From positions 1-64,000 of the IMG/VR virus record IMGVR_UViG_3300042350_004528: a DNA stretch of 64,000 bases; one strand, written 5' to 3'. The translations under genes were made by a program, and so were the position numbers. The notes under the pieces are model-generated. The model saw nothing but the letters and a program-made list of their open reading frames with translations, was not told the origin of the DNA and made no database searches. Shown here one piece after another: positions 57,701-64,000 of the stretch (positions are counted from its first letter, which is position 1; every line of letters begins with the position of its first letter).

Positions 57701-60700
57701 CAAAATCAACGGTAAAGCAAGTTACGTTTGATTTTTTAACATCATCTGGTGCATTTTCTGATTTAATAGAAATTTCTTTATTATCATCATAACCAATATC
57801 TAAACAAAAGGAATTTAAGTTATCATTTTTCATTGATTGAACGACACCTTCGTTTGTATCTAATTTAGAACCTATGGTACCTAATTGAAAAATGTAACCT
57901 GGATACCCAGTTAAACCACCAAATTTTTGTGATTGTCTACTAGATGTCCCCAATAAATCCGTATCAGTATGTACGCCAAATAATTGATCAACAATATCAT
58001 AGATCGATTCATCATCGTCATTTGTTGCCGATATTGCACCATTAAGATTTATATAATTTGGTATTTGTTGAAACATAAACCCATTGGCTTCAGCTAAACC
58101 ACTAAATAAATTTGAAAAACTTTTGTTTGTTAAATTGTCAATTGTTAAATATTGGTCATCTTGGGCTTTGTTTGGGTTTTTATCAAAATCAGCGTACAGA
58201 TTTTGATAAAAAAACGATAAATCGGCAAGTACATTAACACCAATATCATTATTACCTCTGTCGACTACCTTAAAAATTTCATATAAATCGTAATTCGTAT
58301 CTTCTTTTTTATTATCATCACAATATCCAGGATCTATTGAATAATTGTAAAATAATTTATTATTAACTAAATCCGAAACTTCTAATGTTTTAATTTCTTG
58401 AATTTTAGTTGGTAAAAATATCGGTGAGCTTCTATTTTCTTCAACAAAACTGGTCGATATTTTTTCATACATTGATTTTATATTATAGTAAGTTCGTTTT
58501 TTAATTTCGTCTTTTAAATTTTCTTCTTCAGATTCTACTGTATATGGATTATTTGCATCATTAGGTAAAGTTTTAGCTTCCATAGCTTCACTAAATTGAT
58601 TCAAAAATGAATTTAACCCACCAACCGTTGAGTTGTATATTTCGGTGTTGAAGTATTCAAAAAAAGAATTACAACTTGATTCTAAATCCGCTACCTTATA
58701 CGCATCAAATTCTGTATATTTTGGAGTTTCCTCTTCAATCTCAAGATTATTTTGTGATGGGATATTTGGATTAAAAGGAGGGACATATACTGTCGCATCA
58801 CGTGGATTCGAATTATTACCTTGAAGTCTTAATACATTTTTAGTTCTTGTATTAAAAGATACTTTATTACCGTATGATTCTAAAAATTTATTCATTGATA
58901 TAATACCATTGTTAGGTAAAAAATCGTAGTTTAAACTATATCCCGTATATCTTATGTAAGATCTTAATAACTTTAATAACTGTTTATAATTATTTTTAGT
59001 ATATTTTATGTTTAAATATTTAAAAAAAGTTTTTACACAATCAAAATAAAAATTATTAAAATTTTTATCAGATGTATCAGAGCTTGTATTTGCGATCAAA
59101 TGATGTAATCTACTATACAAATAAGATTTATTTAATTCTTCTATTTCTACTTTATGGGAAGGAGCATCAACATTTTCGTATGGCGGAACATATTGGTCGG
59201 AAAATAATATTCTTCTAGCAATTAATTTATTAAAATTTTGATCTGTAACACTGCTATCTTTTAATGCGGTTTTTAATTCATCGTAATTTGATGCATTTGT
59301 AAATAACACTTCTGGTGATGAATGAAAATTATGTAGGGATAATTGAAAATCACCCAGTTTTGTAACAGAATCGATTGTTGATTTATTTGCTATTGTTATA
59401 TCATAAGAACAAAATTGATCGGCGATAGATTCACATCTTTTTTTCTGAGTTTGCGTTAAAACAACATTAAAAAATTTGGATATGTTTGCTTTAGCCACAA
59501 ATTCATAATTATACATTGAATTACCAATTAACATATATGAGATTTCGTCTGTGGTTAGCTCTATACCCGTTTTAGGGTCTTTAAATTTACCGCTAGTTAC
59601 AGCTTCCTTTATATGTTCAGATGCCAATATTGTTGATGATTTAACTAATGAGTTTAAATTAAATGTGTTTAACGTATTATTTGGTGTTAATTTTGCAAAT
59701 TCCTGAAATAAAGTTGAAAATTCTTCTAATTTTTCAATGTTAACTGAATCTAGTATTCTACTAAAATCGTAGTTATTTATATAACCAGATTCAATAAAAG
59801 ATGTTAAATCTTCATAATCTGATAATTGTGGTGTTGTGTTTCTAAAATAACTTATATTATTTTCACCTGGATAAATTGATAATGTAACACCATCTTCAAA
59901 ATCATATGTTTTTTTATCATCCGTACTTTTATCCATACCCAAATGCGTACCTAAACCAGTACTTTCAAACCATAAAAATCTTGTTGTATTTTTTAATATT
60001 AAAGAATTATTAAAGTTAGAATTTTTTAAAAACAAAAACCTATCAAATCCGCTATGCACTAAAACTCTACTCAACGTTGGGTCATATCGGTATGATGTAG
60101 CATCCGCTCTTGACTTAAAATTGGTGGCCAACACTTCACGTTGATTCCCATCAAATAATGGGTCTACTACTTTTCCTTTTGTATTATGTCTACCATCCAA
60201 ACCAATTGTGGTATTTTGCGGATTCCAAGTTGGTTTATCATTTATGGTGTAAAAATATTCGGCCTGAGTTGCCTTATTGTTTTTATTCCTAATACGATAG
60301 CCATCATAATCATAAATACCCAAATCTTCCCCACCTTCTTTTGAATACAACAATAATAAATTATTTGGTGTTAAAAATCCACCAGCAGATGGATACAACG
60401 CAAATATACCAAAGGATGTTGGGCTAATGTTTTTATAAGAATTATCAACTTTTAAATTTATTTTTTCGATATCCCAAATTTTGTATAAGAAATTTGTTAA
60501 ACTATTTATTTGCTCATCTTTTGTTGAATTTTTATCATTTAAAGAAGACATTAAAGTGGTGTCAGATAAAACTGAATTTTGATATGATCTGAACCCATCG
60601 TCACCAAACTTTAACCTATGTATCAAATCATACGCATGTGGTGTAACTGTTTGGTTACCTATTTTATCTTTTTTAATAACCTCCCTGAACGAGGTAAAAA

Positions 60701-61931
60701 ATACGTGTGAAACCAAAAAATAAAAATCGCATAATTTTTGATCGGTAGATGAAGAATCGTTATAAGCACTTTCAATATTATTAACTTCACATAATGATTT
60801 TATAGCATCTTTTAACAACGCTTTAGTACCAAACTGACCACTTAAATAAGCCGCTTTTAGTTTTGAATAGACGATAAAAGATTTTATATAACCAGTTAAT
60901 AAAGTATTTTCGTTTGTGTTACTTTTTTTGAGTTCTTTGGTTGCTGACTTTAAATCAGAAACTAATTGATTTAAGTCATATGGTACGTTTTTCACGCATA
61001 AATTTCTATAAAAAGCGGTAAATTCAATAAAATCAGAATTATACGTTTTAAAAGGTTTTAATATACCAGTATAACCCCCAGCTAAAACATGCTCAACACC
61101 AGGTTGCCTCTCTATTTTTGACCCATTCAAATAATCACCAAATAATGTTTTATTATACTCATTAAGAAACTTATTTTGTATACCATACCCTGTTGACGGG
61201 ATTATTGATTTGTCGTTAATTTTTACAGTTTCAATTATATCACCACCATCATTATTAACCCCAGTTTTTATTAAAAATTCTGAATCACCCAGTCCCTGAA
61301 ACCTATTAAAAATTTCAACATGTGGAAATTGTATTGTCTCGGTGAGCCTGCCACCAGAGCTTTCAGATGAATAGCTACCCGCTTTTCTAGTGTATCGTTT
61401 TAAATCATATATATCACGAACAACTGTATCCTCATCAACTCTTTTAATATCATTAATTCTACTAAAAACCTGAGAATCGCTTTGGTCAGTTATTTCCAAC
61501 TTGTTTTCTTGAAAATAATATAAACCACCTAATAATAAAACAATTGGGTAAGGTATTTCAACAAGTTCTTGATTTTTGTTAAATATTGATATTAATCTTT
61601 TAGGATTTAACGCAAAATCAGTTGATTTTATCAGGGTGGCCCCATATGATTTTAAAAACATAAGTGCCATTTCGGGGAAAAAGTTTGTATCACCTTTATC
61701 TATTCTTGAACATAAAGAATCTGGCATAGCCGATGTGTTAAGTATAGACTTGTATCCAGCAAAAAACTTACTGTTTTGTAATTGATATTCAATGTCCTCT
61801 TTAATTGCAGCTGCTAATGTATCATTTCTTTCAAAAAACGGCTCAAATTGACCACCACTAATGTTACCATTTTTAGGTTCACAAAAGTTATAATAATTAC
61901 AATAATTTTCTAAATGTTTATTAAACTCCAT
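54702..61931 (-). CDS. giant baseplate hub-like virion protein with C-terminal DUF2272 (CHAP-like) and GH73-like glucosaminidase domains (2409 aa)
   Basis: Hub motif LGNSTIQPLSYFYL.NVPLFHGTYWITNVAH; PWSAAFISY, GDILCY, SHCD, IGGN; AIMVAE..YNYAGV...FAIF. Confidence 0.75.
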   Translation of the reverse strand: MEFNKHLENYCNYYNFCEPKNGNISGGQFEPFFERNDTLAAAIKEDIEYQLQNSKFFAGYKSILNTSAMPDSLCSRIDKGDTNFFPEMALMFLKSYGATLIKSTDFALNPKRLISIFNKNQELVEIPYPIVLLLGGLYYFQENKLEITDQSDSQVFSRINDIKRVDEDTVVRDIYDLKRYTRKAGSYSSESSGGRLTETIQFPHVEIFNRFQGLGDSEFLIKTGVNNDGGDIIETVKINDKSIIPSTGYGIQNKFLNEYNKTLFGDYLNGSKIERQPGVEHVLAGGYTGILKPFKTYNSDFIEFTAFYRNLCVKNVPYDLNQLVSDLKSATKELKKSNTNENTLLTGYIKSFIVYSKLKAAYLSGQFGTKALLKDAIKSLCEVNNIESAYNDSSSTDQKLCDFYFLVSHVFFTSFREVIKKDKIGNQTVTPHAYDLIHRLKFGDDGFRSYQNSVLSDTTLMSSLNDKNSTKDEQINSLTNFLYKIWDIEKINLKVDNSYKNISPTSFGIFALYPSAGGFLTPNNLLLLYSKEGGEDLGIYDYDGYRIRNKNNKATQAEYFYTINDKPTWNPQNTTIGLDGRHNTKGKVVDPLFDGNQREVLATNFKSRADATSYRYDPTLSRVLVHSGFDRFLFLKNSNFNNSLILKNTTRFLWFESTGLGTHLGMDKSTDDKKTYDFEDGVTLSIYPGENNISYFRNTTPQLSDYEDLTSFIESGYINNYDFSRILDSVNIEKLEEFSTLFQEFAKLTPNNTLNTFNLNSLVKSSTILASEHIKEAVTSGKFKDPKTGIELTTDEISYMLIGNSMYNYEFVAKANISKFFNVVLTQTQKKRCESIADQFCSYDITIANKSTIDSVTKLGDFQLSLHNFHSSPEVLFTNASNYDELKTALKDSSVTDQNFNKLIARRILFSDQYVPPYENVDAPSHKVEIEELNKSYLYSRLHHLIANTSSDTSDKNFNNFYFDCVKTFFKYLNIKYTKNNYKQLLKLLRSYIRYTGYSLNYDFLPNNGIISMNKFLESYGNKVSFNTRTKNVLRLQGNNSNPRDATVYVPPFNPNIPSQNNLEIEEETPKYTEFDAYKVADLESSCNSFFEYFNTEIYNSTVGGLNSFLNQFSEAMEAKTLPNDANNPYTVESEEENLKDEIKKRTYYNIKSMYEKISTSFVEENRSSPIFLPTKIQEIKTLEVSDLVNNKLFYNYSIDPGYCDDNKKEDTNYDLYEIFKVVDRGNNDIGVNVLADLSFFYQNLYADFDKNPNKAQDDQYLTIDNLTNKSFSNLFSGLAEANGFMFQQIPNYINLNGAISATNDDDESIYDIVDQLFGVHTDTDLLGTSSRQSQKFGGLTGYPGYIFQLGTIGSKLDTNEGVVQSMKNDNLNSFCLDIGYDDNKEISIKSENAPDDVKKSNVTCFTVDFGSQKQQMFTSVQLNTAEFYDTEESIRTWVDVVNKTETTLQTTNLFPILEKRAFTCTVTSLGNSTIQPLSYFYLRNVPLFHGTYWITNVAHDIQPNTMITTFQGARQPIASKIDVRRELLTLMRKNAKLLVDAAVGVNTIVTEGIPNTSGKIYSDDSDSNDPFGSVLQGLSSDSTKYYSFSGIQVIGAFIFSVTKSNAKNDANLGLVNVLYNYSKALLGNTDSPKEIVKNMKTVAIGIMNQKASSGDSRYSGSALSLSKVFKENASFSLVGELGDLLNKIGNEAKTNSNTTLNESKLFDGTVFDLKAVNESGATISDNSDRLAFSMETELDKRGSEIPIKTATFFFDSKDSAIFANTELYGIGVKNETDTVHSDVYDLFKSLSTNGVINNFEAANIKNTTTQTQTSGSPEPIKKSLDQIKDILDFLDECSPAAAKFMLFISDGKRTESEYIQYLKDNTSGSYTADKDDIWSKVPRNPTTSSGIYAKEAIYYGLLSNPQSISVNDVGSTDVIHEFNLNDQKGNVQYEDLGSDSAVNQRFYEQYTAIFDKKHKEWEEKNKSIEKSTESGIKVKYLGAVQGSSDDYKIAFFSSDSNGSFGNIKLSTKANSEYKLDSAGEEQLTNIYTPQTSSGQSTEAVRFVNELVRVADQEREKWVNLTECDKDAQPLLKEYWAAVNWTSFNCSSDPWSAAFISYIIKTAAPKPSDFPYSASHNVYVNTIRKTKTSWKAYSSKDTPIQIGDILCYAQDSNYKEIVVQLNDWDSVGNSHCDCVTNIDQSSKTVNVIGGNLSDKVKNGNFSNGVTLTIDNDGKIANPTRTVILRFEPVASNTTVATNYKTSYPELPFTDPPPPSNKLPYKTAVNYLNTKYGSDLGKAVFAIMVAEASKSGKSFNSAGGYNYAGVQTDSGRWGAPGIIGQYSRIDSGGNRRSFAIFANDESFLDFMANRVKAKGFSGSDPDKWTSTYINSWWSPVAKAQYTKGSQTYNSKLSIYNTASSEFNSLV

Positions 61932-61936
61932 CTGTT

Positions 61937-64000
61937 TTATATATTAAAAGTTGTTGTGAAATCTTCAATTGGTTTAGTTATTCTAAAAAATGGCTGATAC
62001 TCTCCCATGGATATATAATCATCTGTTATTGTATTAAACGTTAGAGATGGTAAGTCTTCAGATCTAGCATAATTTAAACTCCTACTTAAATCCGAATTAA
62101 TCGATATATTTTTTAAATTTTCATTCATTGAGGCGTAAAAACCACCAAATACATTATTATTACCTTTTAAAAAAGTAGGTTTATCTTTATATTTTTCATT
62201 GTCAACAGAATTAACTATTAAATCAATTTTTAAATCACAATAATAATTAGTGTTAGGTTTTAAATCAATATAATGTTTTATTTCGGTTGGTTTTTGATCT
62301 GAATGTATTGAATAAAGATTTATATTATTATTTGTTAATTTATAGGTTATTTTATCATATAAAAAATTATTACCCACACCAATTAATTTACCAGTACCGT
62401 CATCTCTATTAGCTGGCGATTTAAGTACATTATTTAATTTACTAATACTCGCATTATAATTCGATTGTGTGTATGTATTACTAGTATAATTAGATAGTTC
62501 TGTAAAAATTGGTTTAAGTACCGATTTTGCATTTTCAACTGTCCCATCACCAAATTTAATGTATTTTAAGCCAAAATTTCCAACATTTGTGTAATTAACA
62601 CCGTCTTCCGTTAACGTTCTTGTTGCTCTAGCTAAATCATTTGCTATGACAAATTTATTTTGATCGCTAGCCATTTTATCAAAAACATTTTTTGTCACAC
62701 CAACAATCTCAAATTCAGCAAGTTTTTGTGCAACGTTTGATCCAAAGTTAGTTATAGACCTATATGGTAAACCAGAATAAGCTGAAAATAATGAGTATTT
62801 ACTATATAACTCACCTAAAATTCTACTAGTTTCTTTAGATGGGTATACCGCTAAATCTGGCTCACCGAGTTGAAATAGCGATAGTATATTAGTTGGGTTT
62901 GATTGTTTTACCCCTGTTTTTTGTGGACTCGCAAAAGCTTTGATTCTATCCAAAGCTTTATAAATTTCTTCAACAAAATTAACTTCAAACCATTCATTAT
63001 TAATTGTTTCATTACCTGGATATGCCAATGTTACCCTTTCAGTGCTTTTACCATTAATATATTCTGTTTTTGTTTTGTAATAATTTGGAAATGGCGTGTG
63101 TATTATGTTACCAAATTCTTTCTTGTAATCACTAAATTTTTTTTGAATGTTTATTCTTTGTGTATTTGTTTCAAGTTGTCTTAAAGCACTTCTACCCGTA
63201 ATATCCAATAGTATTAAAAATGTTTGCATATTATTGGATAAAATCCTTAATATGTTACTCATATTTGGTTTATAACCCAAAGTTATACCGATATTATTAA
63301 TTTGTTCTGTTATAAAATTTTCTTCAACAGTTGCCTGTAATTTTGATATATTTTTAAAAACAATTGACATCATTTCATTGTAATTATCTAAAAAAACAAC
63401 ATTTTTAATATCTTTTGCGTCTGTACCGTTATATAAAAAAATATCAAGAGTTAATATTTTATCTATCTTAAAGTTTTTGGTTGATGTGTATTTTTTAAAT
63501 AGTAAACTATTGGGGTCGCTTTCTGGGTTATTTGTAAACTGTACTTGTTTAATTTCGTTTATTAAATCATTTGCAAATGTTGTTTCCCCGCCAGACGATG
63601 TTTTAATATTGGCTATATTTTTTATAGCCTCGTTCATCGTGTTAAGATATTGAAAAAGTTGCGTTGGGGATTCGTTTTGTTCAACAACCACAAAACTACC
63701 ACCCTCTTCTGGTATTGGTTGATATAGGATTATATTATTTTCACTAGTGACTATTTTATAATTATCTGGCGAATTTGATATAAAATTTCTAACTGAAGGA
63801 TCGTAATTCTCTAATACGTTTTTTTCTTTTAATAGAATTTCATTATAATCGATAGCCTCATCGGTTCTAATTGTGTTAATAACATCCGCTGGTATTTTTT
63901 TTAACGCCTCAGCTAAATCAAATAATGTGGGGTAACTATCTATTATGTAATTTTCATATTGTTGAATATTATTATTAACCGATTCTTTTATTTTTTGATT
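61937..64000 (-). CDS. large virion (hub-region) protein, 5'-truncated by the window edge (at least 687 aa)
   Basis: The frame stays open from 63691 to 64000 on manual translation, so the GTG start in the track is not the real start. Confidence 0.75.
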   Translation of the reverse strand, partial: NQKIKESVNNNIQQYENYIIDSYPTLFDLAEALKKIPADVINTIRTDEAIDYNEILLKEKNVLENYDPSVRNFISNSPDNYKIVTSENNIILYQPIPEEGGSFVVVEQNESPTQLFQYLNTMNEAIKNIANIKTSSGGETTFANDLINEIKQVQFTNNPESDPNSLLFKKYTSTKNFKIDKILTLDIFLYNGTDAKDIKNVVFLDNYNEMMSIVFKNISKLQATVEENFITEQINNIGITLGYKPNMSNILRILSNNMQTFLILLDITGRSALRQLETNTQRINIQKKFSDYKKEFGNIIHTPFPNYYKTKTEYINGKSTERVTLAYPGNETINNEWFEVNFVEEIYKALDRIKAFASPQKTGVKQSNPTNILSLFQLGEPDLAVYPSKETSRILGELYSKYSLFSAYSGLPYRSITNFGSNVAQKLAEFEIVGVTKNVFDKMASDQNKFVIANDLARATRTLTEDGVNYTNVGNFGLKYIKFGDGTVENAKSVLKPIFTELSNYTSNTYTQSNYNASISKLNNVLKSPANRDDGTGKLIGVGNNFLYDKITYKLTNNNINLYSIHSDQKPTEIKHYIDLKPNTNYYCDLKIDLIVNSVDNEKYKDKPTFLKGNNNVFGGFYASMNENLKNISINSDLSRSLNYARSEDLPSLTFNTITDDYISMGEYQPFFRITKPIEDFTTTFNI

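Noticed and set aside
1-64000. Stop-codon reassignment, as seen in some large phages
   Set aside because: Multi-kb ORFs are intact under the standard code, and TAA, TGA and TAG all end genes at sensible junctions
1-64000. tRNA, rRNA or structured ncRNA genes
   Set aside because: Intergenic gaps are short and AT-rich; no cloverleaf or long GC-rich stems apart from terminators were seen

Overview
A 64-kb, AT-rich (roughly 30% GC by eye), densely packed segment of a large contractile-tailed (myovirus-type, probably jumbo) dsDNA phage genome. It uses the standard genetic code, and almost all genes lie on the minus strand. In transcription order (right to left) it holds: giant baseplate-hub and cell-wall-hydrolase virion proteins; acidic head or scaffold-like proteins; an SSB-RecA-5'3' exonuclease-helicase block; nrdBA; gp25 and gp6 baseplate genes with a ~25-kb baseplate/fibre cluster that contains an embedded nucleotidyltransferase; RuvC, primase, an exonuclease, SbcD and SbcC; a Bacteroidota-type sigma70; an ArdC/metallopeptidase; a lysis-like cassette; and further head-associated and small hypothetical genes. 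A Bacteroidota host is inferred from the sigma sequence, five (C/T)TTG-N20-TAnn(T/A)TTG promoters, the lack of Shine-Dalgarno sites, a Q-rule signal peptide and D(S/T)x sequons. The most notable signals are: (1) strong enrichment of a [S/T]-G-x-T tetrapeptide confined to outer baseplate/fibre proteins, a candidate virion-modification sequon, with an orphan nucleotidyltransferase inside the same cluster; (2) a shared I-[NQ]-R-[FL]-x-x-[LI]-x-x-Y peptide on head-like proteins and at the C-terminus of the ArdC protein, a candidate portable capsid-loading tag; (3) an A10 slippery site giving a -1 frame extension of the holin candidate, upstream of an amidase that lacks its zinc-binding histidines. 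No tRNA, rRNA, CRISPR array or mobile element was seen. All family assignments come from motif recognition by eye, not from database searches.
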